DNA of 64,000 bases. Origin: Thermoanaerobaculia bacterium (GTDB taxonomy: Bacteria > Acidobacteriota > Thermoanaerobaculia > Multivoradales > Multivoraceae). Shown here one piece after another: positions 40,861-51,494 of this stretch. The position numbers and the translations under genes were made by a program. The stretch is from NCBI GenBank assembly GCA_963664405.1, contig OY761158.1, positions 5,728,001 to 5,792,000 of the forward strand. Reading direction: 5' to 3'. Within the stretch, counting starts at the first letter, position 1; every line of letters begins with the position of its first letter. The notes beneath the pieces were generated by a model. That model was not told the origin of the DNA, did no database searches, and saw only the letters and a list, made by a program, of their open reading frames with translations.

Positions 40861-41121
40861 GTGAATATCGCACCCAGAGATGTGGAGAAGGCCGCTCTCG
40901 ACCTAGAGCCCGAACTGCGGGCCAAGCTCGCTACCCTTCTGATTCGCAGTCTAGAAGAGACTGAGGATGTGGACGAGAAGGAGATCGAAGGGTTGTGGTT
41001 GGCGGAGGCGGAAGAGCGGGCCAGGCAGATCGATGCTGGCGAAGCCGAAATGCTTGCAGCTGAGGACGTCCTGCAGGAGCTTCGTAGCCAAGAGGCCGCG
41101 GGTGCCACCCGAGAAGTCTGA
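40861..41121 (+). CDS. Putative addiction-module antitoxin component (TIGR02574-like), orphan
   Basis: AL.L....RA.LA..LI.SL...IE..WL.EAE.R..ID.G pattern; no toxin gene follows. Confidence 0.72.
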   Translation: MNIAPRDVEKAALDLEPELRAKLATLLIRSLEETEDVDEKEIEGLWLAEAEERARQIDAGEAEMLAAEDVLQELRSQEAAGATREV

Positions 41122-41200
41122 CGATCGCGTTCTCGCTAAGTCCTAGCCAGAAGTATTGGGGGGGGGGCGTACCTTGCGCAGCCGAAGGCTGGGCACAGAT

Positions 41201-41256
41201 GCTTGACTAAACCAATGGGCTTGACAGCAAGGTCAAGCTAGTGTATTTAATCAAAC
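41201..41256 (+). promoter_or_regulatory. Sigma70 promoter with inverted-repeat operator for the AbiE-like operon; probably leaderless
   Basis: TTGACA(41221)-17-TATTTA(41244), ATG 7 nt later, no SD; GCTTGAC-N6-GTCAAGC over the -35 plus an extra GCTTGAC at 41201. Confidence 0.62.
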
Positions 41257-42312
41257 ATGAGACTGCCGCATGAGAGCTTGGCACTTCAGCAGGTAGCGGA
41301 AAGACTTGCCGATCTTCTCGGTCTTCCATCTGAGAACCTAAAGCCTGCGCCAGTTGCTTTGGCTCATGAAGCAGATGCCGTGCTTGATCTTGGCGCGTTG
41401 AGGTTCGTCATCGAGTGGAAAGGCTCGAGCGGTCTCGCCCAGGTTTCTCAGGCTGCGAACCAGGTCGTGGAGTACGCATCCAAGCTCGGAAGGCGAGCGG
41501 TACCTGTCCTAGCCGTCCCCTTCATGGGACCTTTAGGCCGCGAGCGCTGTCGCGAAGTCGGAGTCAACTGGCTCGACCTCAGCGGAAACGCCCACATCTT
41601 CGCGCCCGGTGTTCGAGTCCGAGTCGAAGGCCAACCCAACCTCTTCAAGCGACCGGGAAGACCGGCGAGCGCCTTCGCCCCAAAGAGCTCGCGGATCGCT
41701 CGCTGGCTGCTCCTCCATCCGAAGGAGTTGCTGACGCAGCGCGAGATCGCCCGCGCTACCGGCATGGACGAGGGCTTCACAAGCCGGATTGTGGCCAGAC
41801 TTGAGGCAGACGAGCTCGTTTCCCGCGAGCCCAGCGGAGCTATTCGTGCGCAAGATCCGGATCTCCTGCTCGACGCCTGGAGGGAGGACTACGACTTCTC
41901 GAAGCACCAGGTCGTCAAGGGGTACGTCGCGGCGCGCTCTGGAAGCGCACTTCTTCGCCGGGTCGCCGGCGAACTCAAAGGACTGAAGGCTGACCACGCA
42001 GCGACCGGGATGGCTGCCGCATGGCTGCTCACTCGCTTCGCCGGCTTCAGGATCGTCACCATCTATGTGGCCGAGCTGCCATCGTCGGACGTGGTCGATC
42101 GCCTGGGCTTCCGAGAGGAAGGCCCTGGGTCGAACGTCTGGTTGGTGGCTCCAGCAGACGAAGGTGTGTTCCACGGCGCCAGCGATCGCGACGGGGTGCG
42201 CTGCGTCCACCCGGTTCAGGCCTACCTAGATCTCAAGGAGCATCCAGAAAGAGCTGACGAAGCTGCCGTCCATCTGCGAGCCGAGCTCTTGACTTGGAGA
42301 ACGGATGCCTGA
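41257..42312 (+). CDS. AbiEi-like (type IV TA) antitoxin/regulator
   Basis: N-terminal D..IEWK segment, WLDLSGNAHI, winged HTH (TQREIARATGMD.G..SRIV.RL), LLDAWR..Y and C-terminal VHPVQAYLDL...ER..EAA. Confidence 0.72.
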   Translation: MRLPHESLALQQVAERLADLLGLPSENLKPAPVALAHEADAVLDLGALRFVIEWKGSSGLAQVSQAANQVVEYASKLGRRAVPVLAVPFMGPLGRERCREVGVNWLDLSGNAHIFAPGVRVRVEGQPNLFKRPGRPASAFAPKSSRIARWLLLHPKELLTQREIARATGMDEGFTSRIVARLEADELVSREPSGAIRAQDPDLLLDAWREDYDFSKHQVVKGYVAARSGSALLRRVAGELKGLKADHAATGMAAAWLLTRFAGFRIVTIYVAELPSSDVVDRLGFREEGPGSNVWLVAPADEGVFHGASDRDGVRCVHPVQAYLDLKEHPERADEAAVHLRAELLTWRTDA

Positions 42313-43150
42313 CAAGCCCACAACGGCTGCCGGCTACGATCCCGATTACGTCTCGCTCGTCCGTGCGACGTGTCTATACGTCGCAACTAGGCTTGGTGAT
42401 CTAACGGACAACCTAGTCGTCGTCGGAGGATTGGTCCCCTCTCTCATCGTCGACCAGGACAACCTCGCGGAGGGAGTCGAAGCCCACGTCGGAACCATGG
42501 ATCTCGATGTCGCGCTCGCTATCGCGCTCCTGGACCAAGGTCGATACCGCGAGCTGTCGGAGCGACTGCGTCGCAGCGGCTTCACGCAGGACAAGAATCA
42601 GGAGGGGAACGCCACCCGGCAGCGATGGAAGATCGAGGGAGTGACGCTCGACTTTCTCATCGAGCCGACCCTGCCGGATGATCGAGGCGGCGACCTTCGC
42701 GACATCGAGCCGGACTTCGCCGCTGTCATTGCACCAGGGCTACACCTAGCCTTCTTGGACCGCCAGCGGATCTCGCTCACTGGGCGCACAATCATGGGCG
42801 AGAACGCAGAGCGAGATATCTGGGTCTGCGGCCCAGCCGCGTACATCGTCCTCAAGGCACTCGCGTTTTCTCTCCGTGGCGAAAACAAAGATGCTTACGA
42901 CCTTTTCTACGTGATACGCAACTTCGGAACTGCAGTCCAGGAGGTCGCCGATCTCTTTCGCCCGATCCTCGACGACACCCACACCGAGGAGGCCATCTCG
43001 ATCCTCCGCCGGGACTTCACCGCCCACAACGGCCTCGGACCGCGACGCGTCGCCCAGTTTCTGACAGGCGAACCGGACGACACCATTCAGGCCGAGGTCG
43101 TGGGCCACATCGACTCTCTCCTGCGAGCACTGGGCCGAGGATCCCAATAG
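42305..43150 (+). CDS. AbiEii-like nucleotidyltransferase toxin
   Basis: VVVGG..T.DLD Pol-beta motif, LK..A...R..KDAYDL; overlaps the upstream gene. Confidence 0.74.
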   Translation: MPDKPTTAAGYDPDYVSLVRATCLYVATRLGDLTDNLVVVGGLVPSLIVDQDNLAEGVEAHVGTMDLDVALAIALLDQGRYRELSERLRRSGFTQDKNQEGNATRQRWKIEGVTLDFLIEPTLPDDRGGDLRDIEPDFAAVIAPGLHLAFLDRQRISLTGRTIMGENAERDIWVCGPAAYIVLKALAFSLRGENKDAYDLFYVIRNFGTAVQEVADLFRPILDDTHTEEAISILRRDFTAHNGLGPRRVAQFLTGEPDDTIQAEVVGHIDSLLRALGRGSQ

Positions 43151-43251
43151 ATTGTCTCTGCGATCCGGTCACCGTTTCATCGGTCGCGGTGTCACCGACG
43201 AAGCCCCCCTACCCGCAGCCTTCTGCCGGCTCGCGTGCTAGGCGAATATAC

Positions 43252-43566
43252 CTAGCATTCGACCAGGCTTGCGATTGCATCCGAGACCTCTCGGAGCACC
43301 TCCTCGAGGCGCCCGCTGACCTCGACCCGCCCGGTAGCATTCGCTCTACGGGCGAGCTGGTTTAGGTTGTTGCCCACACGCGCCAACTCGTGGATCGCCC
43401 TGCTGTTGACCCGACTTGACAGGCGGTAGCGAAGAGCTGTCTGTCGGACGTATACGCTCGGGGCAAGAGAGACGAAGCTGGCCCTCTCCCGAATCGTCTC
43501 CCACTCTTCTGGCGCGAAGCGCACCGGCTTGACGAGGGTGAGGCGAGGCCTGCGTCTTTTTTTCAT
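43252..43566 (-). CDS. mobC: Plasmid mobilisation relaxosome protein MobC
   Basis: RHH N-terminus (VRF.PEEW..I..RA....S.YVR..AL) and ELARVGNNLNQLARRAN. Confidence 0.88.
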   Translation of the reverse strand: MKKRRRPRLTLVKPVRFAPEEWETIRERASFVSLAPSVYVRQTALRYRLSSRVNSRAIHELARVGNNLNQLARRANATGRVEVSGRLEEVLREVSDAIASLVEC

Positions 43567-43626
43567 CGAGGTCCTTCAGGCGTCAGTGAGCCTCTTGAGC
43601 GCCGCGAAGCGGTGCGAAAAGGCTCG

Positions 43627-43675
43627 CTTTCGTATGCGCGACGTAGTCGCGTATTACGAAAGAATTGCTCGCTCC
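43627..43675. other. oriT-like inverted repeat upstream of mobC
   Basis: CTTTCGTA-TGCGCGAC-GTA-GTCGCGTA-T-TACGAAAG hairpin followed by AATTGCTCGCTC. Confidence 0.5.
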
Positions 43676-43855
43676 TGCCACTACCAGCATTCCCCTCAGG
43701 ACCGACCCCTCCGCCACTCGCTCCGCTCGACGCCGCGGCGCTCGTGGAAGCCGCGAGTGTGGCGTTGGGCTTTGCCCGGCGGTGGGACGAGGAGCACTTT
43801 CCACAGCCGACGCAGCTTCTACGGGTATAGAGCTACAGGAGCTACTACAGGGATG

Positions 43856-43950
43856 GGGGGACCGTTTATGCGTGGCCGACCTCACCAGGGGGGACCGTTT
43901 ATGCGTGCGGAGGGGGACCGTTTATGTGTGGAAAACAGGCGATATCCACA
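43856..43950. repeat. oriV-like iteron array with DnaA boxes
   Basis: Three 19-bp GGGGGACCGTTTATG(C/T)GTG repeats at 43856, 43889 and 43912; TGTGGAAAA (43927) and ATATCCACA (43942) DnaA-box matches next to the repA 3' end. Confidence 0.78.
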
Positions 43951-43958
43951 AAGGAATT

Positions 43959-44837
43959 TCACGGCTCGAGCCGTTTCCGGACATGGCAGGGCGATGGCTT
44001 GAGGCGAATCCCGCCAGGCACCTGCTCGACACGCGCAGCAGGATAGAGGACCAGGACCTGACGGAGAGAGCGCAGGAAGCGCCGCTTGAAGTCCTTCCGA
44101 TCTCGGTAGTCGGCGCCGAACTGTGCCGCGAGCGCGACCCAGGGCACGCGAGTCGGTTTTCTCAGGTAGCTGTTCCGGTACGTGAGCCAACAGTAGAGGT
44201 CGAGGGCCATCGAGCTCCGGACGACCTTGAGAACGCGCAGATCGATGGGCACCGGTCGGTCGCAGATCGCTTCGAAGAAGCCCGGGCTCAGAGTCAACGT
44301 CGAGCGCCATGAAACCGCCTGTCTCGCCTCAGCCACGTTCCACCACAGATGACTGCGCCGGCTGACGCGAAATCCGTCGTCTTCCCACTCGCCGGAGGCT
44401 CGCTTGTCCCAGGTGAAGGCGATGGTCGCACCGAAGAGGCGCTGCATCTGATCGCGAAGTCTCCCGATCGGACCGGTCTTGCCACCGCGAGGAAGCAGAC
44501 CGAGCTCCGCCATGAAGGCGCTCAGGGAAGGGCCCAGCTGAATGACCGGCTCACGAGTTCGAACTGCTTCGGTGGTGACCCACGCCATCAGGAGCCGCGG
44601 GTACCGGCCGTAGGGCAGCTCCAGGAGGGGATGCGCCGCAATCGAAACGACGAGCGAGCCGTTCTGCCGGATGAACACCTTCGACTTCTGCCGGCTGTGA
44701 GGCAGAGTCGTCTGGACGAGCAACCGCGCCATGAAGCCCATAGCGCCCGCCCTGCGGGCCTCCTCGGCCTCGATCGCGAGTGCCTCTCGGAGGAGCCGGT
44801 CGTTGGCGCTTGGGCGAGGAACGGTGGCCTCCGAGAC
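43959..44837 (-). CDS. repA: IncW-type plasmid replication protein RepA (RepA_C); 5' end uncertain or truncated
   Basis: AIEAEEARRAGAMGFMARLLVQTTLPHS, LPYGRYPRLLMAWVTTEAVRT, RL.DQM.RLF, PVPIDLR and ALDLYCWLTYR; family-like sequence runs upstream of ATG 44741 to a TGA at 44838. Confidence 0.82.
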   Translation of the reverse strand, partial: VSEATVPRPSANDRLLREALAIEAEEARRAGAMGFMARLLVQTTLPHSRQKSKVFIRQNGSLVVSIAAHPLLELPYGRYPRLLMAWVTTEAVRTREPVIQLGPSLSAFMAELGLLPRGGKTGPIGRLRDQMQRLFGATIAFTWDKRASGEWEDDGFRVSRRSHLWWNVAEARQAVSWRSTLTLSPGFFEAICDRPVPIDLRVLKVVRSSMALDLYCWLTYRNSYLRKPTRVPWVALAAQFGADYRDRKDFKRRFLRSLRQVLVLYPAARVEQVPGGIRLKPSPCHVRKRLEP

Positions 44838-44914
44838 TCAGAGAACAGCTGTCCTCAAAGTCTCGAAGGCGTTGAGCTGGGCCCAGAGGTAGTTTGCCGA
44901 CAGTCGATGTCGGT

Positions 44915-46471
44915 CTACCTTCGGCTATCGAGCGTTTCGAGGCTGAACGGAGAGGAAAGCTCGGAGACGAGCTCGCGCTTCCACCACTCGCCGCTGGCCC
45001 TTCGCTCGGCGGAAGTGGTGAACTCATAGTGGTAGTAGCGGAGTCGTAGATAGGTGGGGCGCGATTCGGTCCACTTCTGGCGGGGGAGAAGCTCGAGGAC
45101 GGCCTCTTCGCCGGAAAGTATCTTGCGCGCCAGCGCGCCGAGCCAAGGCGAGCTCGTCGGGCGCAGAGCCGCGAACCACATCTGCCAGTCGAGTCGAGGC
45201 TGGTGGGGGGCTACCAAAGCCGGCGGCCGGTCCAGCCGTCCGGGCTTCCAATGAAATTCGATCTCGGAGAAGTTCTGGCCGTCAGCGCTTCCCTCGATGA
45301 CGATCTCGGGTCGTGTCTTGGTCATGACGCGAAAGAGCCCGTAGCCGTTAACCGAGCGGAATGGAGCGATCGCGCTCAATAGCGATCTGCCCGGTTGCAC
45401 CAGGTTCGAGTCACACCAGTAGAGGAAGGGTCCGACCGGGCCCTCGAGGGCGGCGGGAGCAGCGCTGCGGACCAGCTCTCGCGCGGTCACCAGCATGCTC
45501 AGCACGAGCAGCGCCGCAGCAGCGGTTCGCCTCAGCGTAGGGCCGATCGAGCCGATCCCCATCAGACGCCTGAGCTCACGATTGGTTGGCGCATGCAGCC
45601 GCCGCTCGCGAAGGACCGGCAGGAGGGCCTCGAAGTGCTTGTCGTCGAGCAGGGAGACGACAAGCACTGTCGTAAGCAAATTGAAAAAGCCGTAGTTGCC
45701 CGTCCATGCGATGAGGGCCTGCAAAACGACGAAGAGCAAGAACGCCGTTCCTCGCGCCCGCCGCCCAAGGAATATCAACCAGGGGACGCAGAGCTCGATC
45801 AGCAGGCACCCTCCCACCGACGCTTGCTGAAACCAATCGGGAAGGTGGTGGGCGTACCAGCTCGTCCACCAGGGAAGAGGCTGGGTGAAATAGTGATAAT
45901 CCAGGGCGCTGAGGTTCCACCAGGCCTCGTCCATGCTCAGCAGCTTGGTGGCCCCGGACAGGAAGATGAGCTTGAAGACCAGGGCGCGAAAGAGCCAGAT
46001 ACCAAGGGTCGAAGGCGGCGTCTGCTCGGCGAGATTGGCGCGCCTCCTTGTCGGGGCGAGCACGAGACCGAGGAAGCCGGCTTCGAGCAACAATGTGTCC
46101 CACTGAAAGCTCATGAAGTCCTGTCCCGCGACCGACAACGAGAGATAGAGGAGCCACAAACTGCCAAAACATAGGAGAGGAAAGAAGCCGAGCAGGGCAA
46201 GCAGGGAGGCTACGGCCCCGGCGCCGCAGAGAATGTGGAGCAGCACGTCGCCGGGGGCCAACCACATCAGAGTCGGGAGTCGCCAGTAGGCATCGTCGCC
46301 TAGGCTGTTGGCAGCGCCGGTCAAGAAGGGCGCTACCGGCAGGATGCCGTGGGATCCGATCAGGCCAGAGGCCTGAACCCAGAAGGAGACGAAGGCGATG
46401 AGGAAGACTAGGCCGAGCAGTCGGAGCAGAAGCCCGCGAACGAAGTGGGTAGTGGCTGGATAGCGCGGCAC
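44915..46471 (-). CDS. Lipase maturation factor (LMF1) family membrane protein
   Basis: GLIGSHGILP, GQDFMSFQWDTLLLEAGF, YHYFTQPLP, TGNYGFFN, YGLFRVMT..RPE and PHQPRLDWQMWFAA. Confidence 0.92.
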   Translation of the reverse strand: MPRYPATTHFVRGLLLRLLGLVFLIAFVSFWVQASGLIGSHGILPVAPFLTGAANSLGDDAYWRLPTLMWLAPGDVLLHILCGAGAVASLLALLGFFPLLCFGSLWLLYLSLSVAGQDFMSFQWDTLLLEAGFLGLVLAPTRRRANLAEQTPPSTLGIWLFRALVFKLIFLSGATKLLSMDEAWWNLSALDYHYFTQPLPWWTSWYAHHLPDWFQQASVGGCLLIELCVPWLIFLGRRARGTAFLLFVVLQALIAWTGNYGFFNLLTTVLVVSLLDDKHFEALLPVLRERRLHAPTNRELRRLMGIGSIGPTLRRTAAAALLVLSMLVTARELVRSAAPAALEGPVGPFLYWCDSNLVQPGRSLLSAIAPFRSVNGYGLFRVMTKTRPEIVIEGSADGQNFSEIEFHWKPGRLDRPPALVAPHQPRLDWQMWFAALRPTSSPWLGALARKILSGEEAVLELLPRQKWTESRPTYLRLRYYHYEFTTSAERRASGEWWKRELVSELSSPFSLETLDSRR

Positions 46472-46503
46472 GAGCTTGGGCGGTCACCCTCCTCGAGGCG
46501 AGA

Positions 46504-47547
46504 TCAAGCGTCGGCAGCTACGAGAGCCCAGGCGGCTTCGGCCGTCGGGCGTACCGAAGCGGCCGTCTCTGTGGCCCATGCGCTTGCGGCGGTACCGTCG
46601 CGAACGCGGCCGACGATGCCTTGAGCGATTCCCGCACTGCGGAAGAGGTTGTAGGCCATGTAGAAGTTCCAGTTCTTGATCTCGTCGCGGCCGGTGCGTC
46701 GGCAATAGGCATCGCGGTATTCATCCAGGGTAGGAATGCCGAGAGCAGAGAGGTCGGACCCCGAGAACTGCCGGCTCCACTGCATGCACTGATAGCTGAA
46801 GTCGCCGAGGGGATGGCCGATCGTGGAGAGCTCCCAGTCGAGTAGAGCCAAGATCCTGGGCTCGGTAGGGTGGAAGACCATGTTGTCGTGGCGATAGTCC
46901 CCATGCACGATGCTGCTCTCGTCGCCTTCGGGAATGTTTGAGGGCAACCACTCGATGAGGTTGTTCATCGCCTCGATGTGCTCGGTCTCTGAGAGGGTGT
47001 ACTGCTTGCCCCATCGGTGGATCTGGCGCGCGAAGTAGTTGCCTGGCTTGCCGAAGTCTTCGAGCCCGAGCTTGAGGTAGTCGACACTGTGGAGCCGTGC
47101 CAGAACCTCGTTCATCTGGTCATAAACTGCGCCCCGCTCCTCCTTGGCCACGTCGGGGAGCGTGCCATCCCAGAACACCCGTCCCTCGACGCACTCCATG
47201 ATGTAGAACCAGGTGCCGATGACGCTCTCGTCGGTGCACAGGCAGTAGGTCGCCGGCACTGGCACGTCGGTCTTCCCGAGGGCGGTGATGATGCGGTATT
47301 CCCGGTCTACGGCGTGGGCCGATGGAAGGAGCACTCCCGGAGGCTTGCGGCGCAGCACGTACTTCCGGCCGGCGCTCTCGAGCAGGTAGGTGGGGCAGGA
47401 CTGGCCACCCCGGAACTGCCGCACTTCGAGAGGACCTGAAAAACCCTCGACATGGTCCTCCATATAGTCGCGGAGCGCGTTCGTATCGAAGCGAAGCCGC
47501 TCTGAGATCTCTTTGGTTCCTGAGAACTTTTGCTGTCGGCTTTCCAT
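46504..47547 (-). CDS. APH-family phosphotransferase (ACAD10/11 N-terminal type)
   Basis: GGQS.PTY, LRRKPPG.LLPSAHAVDREY, HGDYR.DN and LDWELSTIGHP. Confidence 0.9.
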   Translation of the reverse strand: MESRQQKFSGTKEISERLRFDTNALRDYMEDHVEGFSGPLEVRQFRGGQSCPTYLLESAGRKYVLRRKPPGVLLPSAHAVDREYRIITALGKTDVPVPATYCLCTDESVIGTWFYIMECVEGRVFWDGTLPDVAKEERGAVYDQMNEVLARLHSVDYLKLGLEDFGKPGNYFARQIHRWGKQYTLSETEHIEAMNNLIEWLPSNIPEGDESSIVHGDYRHDNMVFHPTEPRILALLDWELSTIGHPLGDFSYQCMQWSRQFSGSDLSALGIPTLDEYRDAYCRRTGRDEIKNWNFYMAYNLFRSAGIAQGIVGRVRDGTAASAWATETAASVRPTAEAAWALVAADA

Positions 47548-47615
47548 GGCGGGGATTCTCTCTCGCCGGGTCGCTCAGGGCAAGGGCGGGCCTAAAGGCT
47601 GATACCCTGCCCTGA

Positions 47616-48533
47616 GTGAACAAGAATCAGCCTGAACCGCTCGCGCAGCCACCCGTTTCAGGCGTCGAGCCTGGCGAGGTCGATCCCTGGCGTTTTCTCG
47701 GCTGGACCCTCAGCGGTCTGATCAGCAAACGGATCGAGTCTCACCCCGGCCATCCGCCGATTCCCTGGGCGCCCGTAACCAAAGCGATCGCCTCTTCCAA
47801 GGTTGCGCTCCTCTCAACTGCCGGCATCTCGAGCAAGGACGACCCGCCTTTCGACATGGAGAGCGAGCGCCAACGCCCGTCCTGGGGTGACCCCTCGTGG
47901 CGCCGCCTTCGCTCGGACACCACGGCGGCCGATGTCGAAGTCAATCACCTCCACATCAACACGGAGTTCGTTCGCCGCGATCTCAATGTCGCCCTGCCTC
48001 TCGACCGGCTTCGTGAGCTGGTCGCCGAGGGTGTGGTGGGGTCGATGGCCGAGACCCACTACTCGACCATGGGCTATCAGGGTGCAAGCACCAAGGCCTT
48101 GGAAGAAGAGACGGCCCCCCAGATCGCTGCCGCGATGCGCTCCGAAGCCGTCGATCTCGCGCTCCTCGCTCCGGTGTGACCCGACTGCTGCCGGTCGGTC
48201 GGACTGGTCGCGCGCAAGATCGAGGAGGCTGGCATCCCCACCGTCACCTTGGAGCTGCTCTGGCCCTACCAACGAGTCGTCGGGATGCCGCGAGTGGCGG
48301 CCGTCGAGCATCCCTTCGGGCGGCCCTACGGCGCCGCCGGTGACGCCGAGACCCAACGCGCTGTCCTCGAGGAGGCGCTTACCGTCTTTACCAAGGCCCG
48401 CGAGCCTGGGCATGTCGAGCACCTGCGTACACGATGGCCCGACGACCCCACAGAACGCAAGACTTGGCACCCCAGCGTGCCCTCGCCCGCCATCGCCCTG
48501 ATGCTGAAGCGTCGCGCCAGCGAGGCCGGATAA
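47616..48533 (+). CDS. PrdB/GrdB-like reductase selenoprotein B (Sec at UGA 48177-48179, UxxC motif), 305 aa
   Basis: KVALLSTAG, GDPSWR, D.NV..PLDRL.EL, MGY; LAPV-UGA-PDCCRSVGLVARKIEEAGIPTV continues in frame into ORF 48249-48533 (PR..V..PFG.P.G). Confidence 0.85.
48191..48207 (+). promoter_or_regulatory. Bacterial SECIS-like hairpin
   Basis: CCGGTC-GGTCG-GACTGG starts 11 nt after the UGA and has GU in the apical loop. Confidence 0.6.
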
Positions 48534-48541
48534 CGCCCGCT

Positions 48542-48704
48542 CGAGACCAGCGTTTCCAAAGTTCGCGCACATATCTCGGGCCCTTCTGCCCGCTGGCGTC
48601 GTTTCGCCTCCTCGACATATTGCCCCAATATGCCTGCGTCGGCGCGCCTAGCCAGCGAACAGAATGACCTCGAGCTATGCAGCACGAACTTTGGAAGCGC
48701 TGGT

Positions 48705-48708
<4 letters not shown>
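48542..48708. repeat. ~166-bp palindromic element between the two selenoprotein genes
   Basis: AGACCAGCGTTTCCAAAGTTCG...CGAACTTTGGAAGCGCTGGTCTA; its terminal CTA is the stop codon of the AhpD-like gene. Confidence 0.9.
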
Positions 48709-51268
<2,560 letters not shown>

Positions 51269-51278
51269 TCAAAAGGCT

Positions 51279-51392
51279 CTCGCTTCCCTGCGCCGGTGCT
51301 AGCCGGTACCGCAGCGCCGCGTCGCGACGCTGCTAGGTTCAAGGGCTTCCCCGGGCCTTGCCGGGGTCTCAGGCACTGCCACACCCAGCGAA
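51279..51392 (-). promoter_or_regulatory. TPP riboswitch (variant with an extra hairpin between P4 and P5)
   Basis: P1 TTCGCT/AGCGAG, GGGTG..CTGAGA, GCCCTTGAACCT, P5 CCGG-CTAGCA-CCGG and CGCAGGGAAG, all upstream of thiC. Confidence 0.85.
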
Positions 51393-51494
51393 CTGTCGTT
51401 GCAGGATAGTTGATTGGCGTTTTCGCCTCAACCCCGCCACCTTGGCGGTCCGCCGGTTTTCGGTGAGAATGGGGATCGATGCAAGGGGGGGACC

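Larger units (their letters stand above)
35665..44840. mobile_element. Decayed integrated plasmid/IME-like island with mosaic cargo; boundaries approximate
   Basis: Serine recombinase plus tRNA-end att-like site at left; repA, iterons, oriT-like site, mobC and AbiE-like pair at right; gene fragments and lower-GC genes in between. Confidence 0.6.

Noticed and set aside
41158-41167. Phase-variable poly-G tract
   Set aside because: Lies outside the coding sequence and the -35/-10 spacer, so no clear effect
43856-43930. CRISPR array
   Set aside because: Only three 19-bp repeats with 4-14-bp gaps, beside repA and with no cas genes; they fit iterons
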